A stretch of 64,000 nucleotides of DNA from an uncultured Microthrixaceae bacterium (GTDB lineage: Bacteria; Actinomycetota; Acidimicrobiia; Acidimicrobiales; DATDAH01), in contig CAWGLV010000001.1 of assembly GCA_963823495.1 (NCBI GenBank), forward strand, positions 1,283,878 through 1,347,877, given 5' to 3'. Shown here piece by piece: positions 25,657-33,478 of this stretch; within the stretch, counting starts at the first letter, position 1; the number at the start of each line of letters is the position of its first letter. The notes under the pieces are model-generated. The model was not told the DNA's origin. It worked only from the letters and a program-made list of their open reading frames with translations, and ran no database searches. The translations under genes were made by a program, and so were the position numbers.

Positions 25657-25883
25657 TGCCGGCTGTCGCCATCGTCACCCTGGTGCTCGCCACCCTGATC
25701 ATCGCGGCCGCGGCGTTGGGCCTGGTGCGGGTGATCCTGCACCTCGTGGCCGTCTCCCGCACCCTCGACGGGGTGGTCGGCGGCGTGCAGGCCGTGGCCG
25801 ACAAGACCGAACCCGTACCCGGGGCGCTGGCCTCGGTGAACGCCAACCTCGCGCCCGTGCGCGACTTCTGCGACTCGATCTGA
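25656..25883 (+). CDS. small single-pass membrane protein 2 of 5 (75 aa)
   Basis: MPAVAIVTLVLATLIIAAAALGLVRVILHLV plus a tail. This is the inner start of ORF 25401..25883, coupled to the upstream stop. Confidence 0.58.
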   Translation: MPAVAIVTLVLATLIIAAAALGLVRVILHLVAVSRTLDGVVGGVQAVADKTEPVPGALASVNANLAPVRDFCDSI

Positions 25884-25884
25884 G

Positions 25885-26169
25885 GTGGTGACCGCCATGC
25901 TCCCCGTCCTCGCCGCCGTCAGCGACTCCACCGTGAGTTGGGACATCGGCTACGCCATAGGCGTCATCGTCGTGCTGGTGGTCGTCGCCCTGGTCGTGCC
26001 GATCCTGGTCCTGGCCCACCGGATCGGGAACCAGGCCGAGGCCATCGACGACGCCCTGACCGACGCCGTCGAGAACACCTCGGCCCTGGCCGAGCTCAAC
26101 ACCACGATCGATTCGGCCACGGCCATCGTGGCCGGGCTCGAGCGGGGCCGGACCCGGTTGGGAGGATGA
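25885..26169 (+). CDS. small single-pass membrane protein 3 of 5 (94 aa)
   Basis: IGYAIGVIVVLVVVALVVPILVLAHRIG plus the tail NQAEAIDDALTDAVENTSALAELNTTIDSATAIV. Starts 1 nt after the previous stop. Confidence 0.58.
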   Translation: MVTAMLPVLAAVSDSTVSWDIGYAIGVIVVLVVVALVVPILVLAHRIGNQAEAIDDALTDAVENTSALAELNTTIDSATAIVAGLERGRTRLGG

Positions 26170-26456
26170 CCTTGCTGGCACTGACCGAGACCCAGGAAGA
26201 CCTGTGGTGGGGAGCGATCATCGGGGGGTTCGTGGTCGTCTTGGCCGTGGCCGCGCTGCTGACGATCCTCGTGCTGCTGGTGCGGCGCATCGACCGACGG
26301 GTCGTGGCCGTCCGTGACTCGCTGAAGGCGGCCGCGGCCAACACCGACGACACCGCCCTCATCGGCCAGACCGCCGCCGGGGTCGAAGCGGTCCTCTCCG
26401 AGGGGCTCAAGCACCACCTGTTCCTCGGCCGGGTGCGACAGCAGGTGCGGTCGTGA
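26166..26456 (+). CDS. small single-pass membrane protein 4 of 5 (96 aa)
   Basis: WWGAIIGGFVVVLAVAALLTILVLLVRRIDRR plus a tail. ATGA overlap at 26166-26169. Inner start of ORF 25938..26456. Confidence 0.58.
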   Translation: MTLLALTETQEDLWWGAIIGGFVVVLAVAALLTILVLLVRRIDRRVVAVRDSLKAAAANTDDTALIGQTAAGVEAVLSEGLKHHLFLGRVRQQVRS

Positions 26457-26812
26457 CCGATCTCGTCGTCTTCACCGTCATCGACATCGTCCTGCTCATC
26501 GCCGGTCTGGCGATCTACCTCTGGATCGTCGGCGGCCAACTGCAGCGCGTCGCCACCACCCTCGAGGAGTGCTCGGAGATCGTCCAGGAGATCGTGGCCG
26601 ACGCCGAGAAGATCGGGCCCGGGGTGGAGAGCATCAACCACACCGGCGGCATCGTGGCCGGCGCCCTGCCCCTGCTCTACGGCATGGCCGAGGACATCGT
26701 GGTCGGCGCCACCTACGAGCCCGCGCCCGACGCCGAGCGCCCGCCGGCCCGCCCCGCCTCGGGCCGCCGCCGCTCCCGGCTCACCGAAGCCGTGGGCTAC
26801 GACGCCGGCTGA
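26453..26812 (+). CDS. small single-pass membrane protein 5 of 5 (119 aa)
   Basis: LVVFTVIDIVLLIAGLAIYLWIVGG plus a helical tail and a basic/Pro-rich end. GTGA overlap at 26453-26456. Confidence 0.58.
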   Translation: MTDLVVFTVIDIVLLIAGLAIYLWIVGGQLQRVATTLEECSEIVQEIVADAEKIGPGVESINHTGGIVAGALPLLYGMAEDIVVGATYEPAPDAERPPARPASGRRRSRLTEAVGYDAG

Positions 26813-26827
26813 GCCCACCCTGCCTTG

Positions 26828-26879
26828 CGTTCTGGCGCCTGATTGAGGGGCCAGAGCACCGCAATCAGGCGCCAGAACG
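26828..26879. terminator. 18-bp perfect inverted repeat (16-nt loop) between convergent operons
   Basis: CGTTCTGGCGCCTGATTG (26828-26845) pairs perfectly with CAATCAGGCGCCAGAACG (26862-26879). There is no U-tract. The right arm overlaps the last codons and stop of the minus-strand gene. Confidence 0.5.
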
Positions 26880-27329
26880 ACCCGCGCCAGAACGAGGGGG
26901 TCCGGGGTCGCGGGTGGTGGTGAGGGGGCCGGTGGTGGGGGCGGAGTACTCGCCGATCCACTCGTCCTTCCACGCCGGGTCGAAGTGCTCGGTGTTGCAG
27001 CCGGGCCGGTAGACGGCGGTCAGTTCCTGGGCGATCTGCTGGCGGTGCGAGCGCAGGCCGCCCGGGACCTCGTAGGTGCAGATGAACACCTTCCAGCGGC
27101 TCCCGGCCCGCTCGATCCAGCAGGGCGCCTGGGGGTGGTGGAAGGGGAAGCCCTCGGTGGACAGGTCGTCGCTGTGGCCGATGTAGATCACGGCGTGCTG
27201 GTCCGGCTTCTGTTCGGGCTCGGACCGGTAGCAGATGGCGTAGACGGCGGGCCGCTCCGGGGCGGTCCAGCCCCCGAGGGCCCGAGGCCCCTCGAAGGGG
27301 TAACCGGCCAGGGAGCCGAGGCGGATCAC
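26865..27329 (-). CDS. hypothetical protein (154 aa), possible GIY-YIG-like core
   Basis: Inner part of ORF 26865..27782, starting from a GTG that overlaps the upstream stop (GTGA). PAVYAICYRSEPEQKPDQHAVIYIGHSDDL ... GGLRSHRQQIAQELTAVYRPGCN resembles the GIY / YIG / R / E / N spacing. This family call is weak. Confidence 0.5.
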   Translation of the reverse strand: MIRLGSLAGYPFEGPRALGGWTAPERPAVYAICYRSEPEQKPDQHAVIYIGHSDDLSTEGFPFHHPQAPCWIERAGSRWKVFICTYEVPGGLRSHRQQIAQELTAVYRPGCNTEHFDPAWKDEWIGEYSAPTTGPLTTTRDPGPPRSGAGRSGA

Positions 27330-27607
27330 CCCCCACCCCAGTCGTCGTCCTCGCCGATGACCTCGGCCCGGGCGACGGGCCAGTCGGGCAGGCCCGCCTG
27401 GCGGGCGGCGACCTCCAGGGCCGCCACCGCCGCCTCGACCGCGGCCTCCTCGGTCGCCGCCGCGATGACCAGTTGGGCCCCATAGGTCGTGGTCCCGATG
27501 CCCGAGGCGATGCCCTGGTGGACCGCGACGGCGTCGGCCAGCTCGACGATCTCCTCCCGGGTCAGCACCCGGTCGCCCTCGGCCACGACGGTCACGCTCC
27601 AGCGCAC
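27326..27607 (-). CDS. hypothetical small protein (93 aa), acidic C-terminus
   Basis: ORF 27326..27607: MRWSVTVVAEGDRVLTREEIVELADAVAVHQGIASGIGTTTYGAQLVIAAATEEAAVEAAVAALEVAARQAGLPDWPVARAEV. Starts 12 nt after the coxE stop. Confidence 0.55.
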   Translation of the reverse strand: MRWSVTVVAEGDRVLTREEIVELADAVAVHQGIASGIGTTTYGAQLVIAAATEEAAVEAAVAALEVAARQAGLPDWPVARAEVIGEDDDWGGG

Positions 27608-27619
27608 GGCTCGATCCTC

Positions 27620-28759
27620 TCAGCCCAGGGCCGGGAGCCGCTCGACGAAGCGCTCGAGGGCGACCAGGTCGTGGCCCGACAGCAGCTCGTCGACGTGGGG
27701 GGCGGCCACCGCCATCCCCAGGGTGTCGGGCCGCTGCCCGCCCTCGCCCAGGTTCGGGTTGATCCAGACGATCCGGTGGCACAACCGGGCCAGGCGCTCC
27801 ATCGCCTTGGCCAGGACGTCGGGGTCGCCGCGGTCGAGGCCGTCCGAGCAGACGACCACGATGCCGCCGCGACAGGTGCCCCGGGCGGCCCAGTCCCGGA
27901 CGAAGGTGGTCAGGGAGTCCCCGATGCGGGTGCCGCCGTCCCAGTCGAAGACCGTCGCCGCGGCCTGCTCGATCGCCTCGTCCGGCCGGCGGCGCTCCAG
28001 GGCCCGGGTGATGCGGGTCAGCCGGGTCCCGAAGCAGAAGACCTCGACCCGGGTGTTGGCCCGCCGGGCCGAGTAGGCGAACTGCAGCAGGTTGCGGGAG
28101 TGGTCCGACATGGAGCCGGACACGTCGAGGATGAGGATCAGCGGGCGCCGGCGCAGGCGGCGGCGCCGCCAGAACAGGGCGGAGGGCTCCCCGTGGGTGC
28201 GCAGGGTCTCCCGGACCGTGCGCCGCAGGTCGGGGCGGGGGCCGCGCTCTGCTCTGGTGGTGCGTCGGGTGCGGCGCCGGGGCGGGGTGAGGCGGACCTG
28301 GGCCATGATCCGCCGCAGCGCCGCCAGCTCCTCGGGGGTGCAGGCGGCGAAGGACTTCTCGCGCAGGAGCTCGGCATCGGAGGCCATGAGGCCCAGCCGG
28401 GCCTCCTCCTCGTCCCGTTGCTCGGCGTCGGGTCCGGGGTCGGGGATCTGCAGGGTCGACTGCGTGAGGGCCTTGGCCCGGACGGTGCGCCGCAGCGGAT
28501 CGGCCTCGTCGGCGCCCTCGTCGAGGTAGAAGCGCCGGAACACCCGGTCATAGGTCGGGATCTGCTCCCGGCGGGTCACCAGGGTGGTCCGGCCGCCCCA
28601 GTAGAGGTCGACGACGTCGGTCGGGTCGAGGGGCTCCATCGCCGCGCAGTAGGTGAGCAGGTCCCCCGATCCCACCGGGATGCCGCCCTCCCGCAGGGCC
28701 TGGCCGAAGTCGACCAGCATCCCGACGAAGGGGGCGTCCTCGACGACGGCCTCAGCCAT
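27620..28759 (-). CDS. coxE: VWA-domain CoxE-like CODH maturation protein
   Basis: PLILILDVSGSMSDHSR (MIDAS DxSxS) ... VVVCSDGLDRGDP. The N-terminal FGQALREGGIPVGSGDLLTY is typical of CoxE/VWA_CoxE. Overlaps coxD by 8 nt. Confidence 0.85.
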   Translation of the reverse strand: MAEAVVEDAPFVGMLVDFGQALREGGIPVGSGDLLTYCAAMEPLDPTDVVDLYWGGRTTLVTRREQIPTYDRVFRRFYLDEGADEADPLRRTVRAKALTQSTLQIPDPGPDAEQRDEEEARLGLMASDAELLREKSFAACTPEELAALRRIMAQVRLTPPRRRTRRTTRAERGPRPDLRRTVRETLRTHGEPSALFWRRRRLRRRPLILILDVSGSMSDHSRNLLQFAYSARRANTRVEVFCFGTRLTRITRALERRRPDEAIEQAAATVFDWDGGTRIGDSLTTFVRDWAARGTCRGGIVVVCSDGLDRGDPDVLAKAMERLARLCHRIVWINPNLGEGGQRPDTLGMAVAAPHVDELLSGHDLVALERFVERLPALG

Positions 28760-29672
28760 CGACGGCGAGCTCGTCGAGGTGGTCCCGGACCACCTCGAGG
28801 TCGTCGCGCGCCTTGACCACCGCGCCCAGGGAGTCCTCCACCGTCGCCCGGTCGAGGTCGTCGACCTCCAGCACGGTGAGGGTCTGGACCCAGTCGATGG
28901 TCTCGGCCACCCCCGGCGGCTTGTCCAGGTCGAGGTCCCGGAGCCGGTTCACGGCGGACACGACCTTGCGGGCCAGGGCCTCGGTGATGCCGGGCAGCCG
29001 GGCCAGCACGATCTCCACCTCGCGCTCGGGGCCCGGGTAGCCGACCCAGTGGTAGAGGCAGCGGCGCTTGAGGGCGTCGTGGAGCTCCCGGGTGCGGTTG
29101 GAGGTGAGGACCACGAGGGGGCGGGTCTCGGCGCCGATGGTGCCGATCTCGGGGATGGTGATCTGGAAGTCCGACAGCAGTTCGAGCAGGAAGGCCTCGA
29201 ACTCGTCGTCGGCCCGGTCGACCTCGTCGACCAGCAGCACCGCCCCGTCGCCGGCGCGCACGGCGTCGAGGAGGGGGCGTTCGAGCAGGAACTTGGGGCC
29301 GAACAGGGCGTCGACGGCGTCCTCGTCGGCGAGCTGGTGTTCGGAGAGGGCCCGGATCTGCAGCATCTGGCGGGCGTAGTCCCACTCATAGAGCGCCTGG
29401 TTGGTGTCGATGCCCTCGTAGCACTGGAGCCGGATCAGCCGGCGCCCCGACACGGTGGCCAGCGCCTTGGCCACCTCGGTCTTGCCCACCCCCACCTCCC
29501 CCTCGAGCAGCAGTGGGCGGCCGAGGGACCAGGCGACGAAGACGGCGGTGGCCAGGCCCCGGTCGGCGAGGTACCCGTCGGTGGCCAGGAGCTCGGTGAG
29601 CTCGCGGACACTCCCTGGGCCGGCACTGCCTGGGCCGGCACTGCTTGGGCCGACGTCTGGGGGTGGGGCCAC
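28752..29672 (-). CDS. coxD: MoxR-type AAA+ ATPase, CoxD-like
   Basis: Walker A LLLEGEVGVGKTEVAKALA; Walker B AVLLVDEVDRADDEFEAFLLELL; TSNRTRELHDALKRRC. Confidence 0.9.
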   Translation of the reverse strand: MAPPPDVGPSSAGPGSAGPGSVRELTELLATDGYLADRGLATAVFVAWSLGRPLLLEGEVGVGKTEVAKALATVSGRRLIRLQCYEGIDTNQALYEWDYARQMLQIRALSEHQLADEDAVDALFGPKFLLERPLLDAVRAGDGAVLLVDEVDRADDEFEAFLLELLSDFQITIPEIGTIGAETRPLVVLTSNRTRELHDALKRRCLYHWVGYPGPEREVEIVLARLPGITEALARKVVSAVNRLRDLDLDKPPGVAETIDWVQTLTVLEVDDLDRATVEDSLGAVVKARDDLEVVRDHLDELAVDG

Positions 29673-29675
29673 GGA

Positions 29676-29939
29676 CTACCGGTCGTCGTCGGTGTCGGGG
29701 CCGAGGACCAGGTCCCGGATCGAGCCCTCCGAGGTGCTGAGCTTGCCCTCCCGGGCCAGGCGATCCCGCCAGGCCGAGGTCAGGTCGCTGCCCGGCTCGG
29801 CCAGGCCGTCGAAGGTGACGTCCTTCATGTTCCGGCAGGCCTTCGTGGGGCTGACGTCCTCGTCGACGTCGAGCCGCTGGCCCTCGGCGGCCCAGATGGA
29901 ACGCAGCACCTGGCGTTCGTCGGTGGCGTCGTCGGTCAT
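29676..29939 (-). CDS. hypothetical acidic protein (87 aa) upstream of coxD
   Basis: Inner ATG of ORF 29676..30218 (MTDDATDERQVLRSIWAAEGQRLDVDEDV...), preceded by a GGGAGGG SD. Ends 3 nt before the coxD start. Confidence 0.45.
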   Translation of the reverse strand: MTDDATDERQVLRSIWAAEGQRLDVDEDVSPTKACRNMKDVTFDGLAEPGSDLTSAWRDRLAREGKLSTSEGSIRDLVLGPDTDDDR

Positions 29940-30033
29940 GGCCTGCCCTCCCGGAGCGGTGGGGTCGGTGGGCCTCCACGGTACCGGGGCGGTGGGGTCG
30001 GCCGGGCTCGGCGGGGCGGGACGCGGCGGCCGT

Positions 30034-30936
30034 TCACGGGCCGGTGGCCAGGGCCTGGGCCAGGATGGACACGGCGATCTCCGGGGGGGTGGTCGCGCCG
30101 ATGTCGAGTCCGGCGGGGCCGTGGATCCGCTCGAGGTCGGTGATGCCGCGGTAGGCGAGCCATTCGGCCCGCGCCTGCTGGGTCCGGCGGGAGCCGAGGG
30201 CGCCGATGTAGCCCACATCGCCGTCCAGGGCGGCCGCGAGGACGGGACCGGCGACCTCGAGGTCGTGGGCGATGACCACCAGCTTGTCCATCGGGGCCAT
30301 CGCCGCGACCAGGCCGGTCCCCGTGGCGGTGTCGGTGACGGTCCGGACCTGCCAGCCGAGGAGCCCCGCCGCGGCCTCGAGGGCCTCGGCGTGGGGGCCC
30401 CCGCCCACGATGACCAGCTTGGGCACCGGGAAGAGCACGGTCAGGACCCGGTCCTGGTGCACCTGGCTGGCGCTGGCCCCGCGCCCGACGGCCTGGGCCA
30501 GGTCTCCGTCGGTCTCGGCCAGGGCGTCGGTGGTCACGAGGGTCGTGCCCGTGACCCGGTCGCCGTCGACCCGGGTCTCCAAGCCGATCGGCCGGCGGGC
30601 CAGGAGGAGGTCCCAGAGCTCGTCGGGGAGCTGGTCGGCGGGGACCACCAGGCACCGGGCGGTCCCGCCCGAGGGCAGGCCGGCGACCGCGGCCTCGTAG
30701 TCGGCCACCTCGAGGGTCACGAAACGTCCGGTGTCCCCCATCGGCCCGGCGACGTCGGCCAACTGGTCGTCGAGGCAGCCGGCGAGCAGCGCGCCGACCC
30801 GGCCCCCGCCCGGGGTGAGGGCCACCGCCTCGGTGGGGTCGCGGTCGCCGAAGCCCTCGGCGTCGACCAGCCACGCCACGTCGACCCGGGTGTCGGCCCG
30901 ACGGCAGGCGGCGACGGTGAGGGCGATCTCGTACAC
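30034..30936 (-). CDS. XdhC/CoxI-family molybdoenzyme maturation protein
   Basis: N-terminal XdhC_CoxI-like region, then the Rossmann-like KLVIVGGGPHAEAL...YIGALGSRRTQQAR...GPAGLDIGATTPPEIAVSILA. Confidence 0.85.
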   Translation of the reverse strand: MYEIALTVAACRRADTRVDVAWLVDAEGFGDRDPTEAVALTPGGGRVGALLAGCLDDQLADVAGPMGDTGRFVTLEVADYEAAVAGLPSGGTARCLVVPADQLPDELWDLLLARRPIGLETRVDGDRVTGTTLVTTDALAETDGDLAQAVGRGASASQVHQDRVLTVLFPVPKLVIVGGGPHAEALEAAAGLLGWQVRTVTDTATGTGLVAAMAPMDKLVVIAHDLEVAGPVLAAALDGDVGYIGALGSRRTQQARAEWLAYRGITDLERIHGPAGLDIGATTPPEIAVSILAQALATGP

Positions 30937-30942
30937 GGCGGG

Positions 30943-31545
30943 CTAGGCGGGGGCCGCGGCCCGGCACAGGGCTTCGTAGTCGTCCCAGGTGTCGACGTCG
31001 AGCGGGATGGTCCGTCCGGGGAGGGCCATCTCGCGGACGTCGAGGTCGTCCGCCTCCAGCAGCTTCCACACGGCCTTGTCGCCGCGGAGGCGGCGGAGGT
31101 CATCGAAGCGCCGGCGGGACAGCCACAGCGGGTGGCCGGGACCGTCGTCGTACCCGGTGACCACGGCGTCGGGTGGGGTCACCGACCCGGCGACGAGGTC
31201 ACCCAGGGCCCCGATCTGGCCGGGGTCGACCCCGGGCTGGTCACCCAGCAGGAGGACGAAGCCGTCGGCGGCGGGATCGATCCGGTCGACGGCGGCCACG
31301 ATCGACGCGGCGCAGCCCTCTCCGTGGTCCTCGACCTCCACGACCTCGAAGCCGCCGAGGTCGACTTCGGCCCGGACCGGGGTGGCGGCCCCGCCGAGGG
31401 TCACGATCGCCTGGTCGACGCCGGCGGCGCGGACGACGTCGAGGGTCGCCCCGAGGAGGGTGGTGTCCCGGAAGGGGAGGGTCTGCTTGGGCCGACCGAG
31501 TCGGCGCGACGAGCCCGCGGCGAGGACCACGGCGCTGCGGAACAC
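30943..31545 (-). CDS. MobA/MocA-like molybdenum cofactor nucleotidyltransferase
   Basis: Inner GTG of ORF 30943..32304: VFRSAVVLAAGSSRRLGRPKQTLPF...VLLLGDQPGV. The start lies 2 nt after the upstream stop. Confidence 0.8.
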   Translation of the reverse strand: MFRSAVVLAAGSSRRLGRPKQTLPFRDTTLLGATLDVVRAAGVDQAIVTLGGAATPVRAEVDLGGFEVVEVEDHGEGCAASIVAAVDRIDPAADGFVLLLGDQPGVDPGQIGALGDLVAGSVTPPDAVVTGYDDGPGHPLWLSRRRFDDLRRLRGDKAVWKLLEADDLDVREMALPGRTIPLDVDTWDDYEALCRAAAPA

Positions 31546-31547
31546 GC

Positions 31548-32510
31548 TCAACCGGCGGTCTGGTCGGCGAACTGCGCCTGACAGCCCGGGTTGCAGAACC
31601 AGACGATGCCGCCGTCCACCTCGAGGGAGAGGGTCGGCGGGGCGGCGACGACGGTCATGCCGCAGATGGGGTCGACCGCGGTGGGCGGCGGGGTCGCCGG
31701 TGCGGCGTCGGCGTCGGGGGCGGGGTCCTCGCCCGGTGGGGCGACGAGGCCGTCGACCCGGACGGCTCGCACCACCTCGGCCACGATGGACAGAGCGATC
31801 TCCTCGGGCGTACGGGCGCCGATGTCGAGGCCGACCGGGCTGTGGACCCGGGCCCGCTCGTCGCCCTCCAGGCCGAGCTCGTCGAGGACGGCGGTGCCCC
31901 GTCGGTTGCTGGCGACGAGTCCGATGAAGCCGACCCCGGCGTCGAGGGCGGCCCGGATGGCCTCGCCCTCCCCGTGCCCGTGGCTGGACACCACCACCGC
32001 GAGAGCACCGCCCGGGGCTGCCGCGGCCTCGTCGGAGCGGACGGCCCGGAAGCCCACCGTCTCGGCCAGCCCCGCCAGCGCGTCGGCGATCGGCGTGTGG
32101 CCGACCACGACCATGCGGCGGGGAGGAAGGTGGGGTGCGAGGAACAACTCGATGGCTCCGCCCGACAGGCAGGGGTTCACGACGGTACGGGCGCCGGGTG
32201 CCTCGGGGAAGTCCTCGTCGCCCTCGGGCAGGATACGCAGCAGCACGGGCTCGCCCGTGTCCAGCGCCTCCAGGGCCATGGCTCGCACCGAGCTCTCGGC
32301 ACACTGGCCGCCGACGAAGCCCTCCATGGTCCCGTCCCCCAGGATCAGGGCGGTGGCGCCGGGCCAGGTGGACGTGGGTGGCTGGGCCCGCACCACGGTG
32401 GCGTGGACATAGGGCTGGGCGGCCGCGTCGAGGGCACCCATGCGCTGGGTGAGCCGGGCCCCGGCACTCATCGGCCCCTCGACTTCCCGTGGCGGTCCAT
32501 CGTCCCCCAA
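31548..32510 (-). CDS. XdhC-family protein fused to a C-terminal TRASH/YHS metal-binding motif
   Basis: XdhC core (ATVVRAQPPTS..., RMVVVGHTPIADAL, GFIGLVASNRRG, GLDIGARTPEEIALSI). The C-terminus DPICGMTVVAAPPTLSLEVDGGIVWFCNPGCQAQF fits C-x22-C-x3-C. The start may be an internal Met. Confidence 0.8.
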   Translation of the reverse strand: MGDDGPPREVEGPMSAGARLTQRMGALDAAAQPYVHATVVRAQPPTSTWPGATALILGDGTMEGFVGGQCAESSVRAMALEALDTGEPVLLRILPEGDEDFPEAPGARTVVNPCLSGGAIELFLAPHLPPRRMVVVGHTPIADALAGLAETVGFRAVRSDEAAAAPGGALAVVVSSHGHGEGEAIRAALDAGVGFIGLVASNRRGTAVLDELGLEGDERARVHSPVGLDIGARTPEEIALSIVAEVVRAVRVDGLVAPPGEDPAPDADAAPATPPPTAVDPICGMTVVAAPPTLSLEVDGGIVWFCNPGCQAQFADQTAG

Positions 32511-32569
32511 CCGGGACCGGTCATCTCCCCCGTCGCGGCGACGGTGACCGTGTCCTTGCCTGGTCGCGA

Positions 32570-33424
32570 TCAGCCTAGCGACGGGCCCTCTCCGGGTCTC
32601 CGTCCCGGCGACGACCGCCCCGAGGGGCGTTCCCAGAGGACCGGGAACAGGGGGTGGTCCAGGGGGGCGCCGTCGGCCAGTTCGTCCTCGAGGCCGGGGA
32701 AGGGGGGTGAGGTCGTCCAGGGACGAGGGGCATGGACCATGTCGTCGCCGAGGAAGCGGACCGAGAGCACCCGCCGCCGAGGACCCGACCCCGGGGCGCC
32801 GCCGGCACCGTGGAGCATCAGCATGTGGAAGTAGACGGCGTCACCCGGCTCCAGCGCCCAGGCCAGGATCGGGTGGCGGTCGGGGTCCCCTTCGATGTCG
32901 GGCAGCTCGGCCAGGGCGCCGTCGGGGAACCACTTGGCCTCACCGTCGAGGAAGGTGCGAGGCATGTACCAGGGGCCCCGGTGGGAGCCGGCGACCAGTT
33001 CGAGGGTCGAGGCCCGGGGCACGGGGTCGACGGGGAGCCAGAGGCTGACGTTCTGGTCGCCGGCGACGTTGTAGTAGGGCAGGTCCTGGTGCCAGGGGGT
33101 GCGCTGCTGGGTGCCGGGCTCCTTGACCAGGACGTGGTCGTGGAACAACCGCACCGTCGTGGCCCCCATCAGCTCGCCGGCGACGGCCGCGGCGGGGGAG
33201 TCACGGATGAAGGCCTCCAGGGCCGGGATCCGGTCCCAGGAGCGGAAGTCCTCGACGAAGGCCCCGTCCTCGGGATGGCTGGCCCGTTTGGCCAGCGGTG
33301 AGAGGTCGGCCAGGTTGGCCTCGATCGCGGCCCGGGCCAGCGCGATGTCGGCGGGGGAGAAGGCCCCGCGCACGCAGACCGCACCGTCCCGCTCGAAGTC
33401 ACCCTCGATCTGCACTGCCCCCAT
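32570..33424 (-). CDS. phytanoyl-CoA dioxygenase (PhyH) family Fe(II)/2OG oxygenase
   Basis: FERDGAVCVRGAFS...TPWHQDLPYY...VSLWLPVDPV...GDAVYFHMLMLHGAGG. Confidence 0.85.
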   Translation of the reverse strand: MGAVQIEGDFERDGAVCVRGAFSPADIALARAAIEANLADLSPLAKRASHPEDGAFVEDFRSWDRIPALEAFIRDSPAAAVAGELMGATTVRLFHDHVLVKEPGTQQRTPWHQDLPYYNVAGDQNVSLWLPVDPVPRASTLELVAGSHRGPWYMPRTFLDGEAKWFPDGALAELPDIEGDPDRHPILAWALEPGDAVYFHMLMLHGAGGAPGSGPRRRVLSVRFLGDDMVHAPRPWTTSPPFPGLEDELADGAPLDHPLFPVLWERPSGRSSPGRRPGEGPSLG

Positions 33425-33478
33425 CCTCGCCCAGGATGCTCGTGGGTCGCCGAATCGCCGACCACTCGCCGGCCGGGA

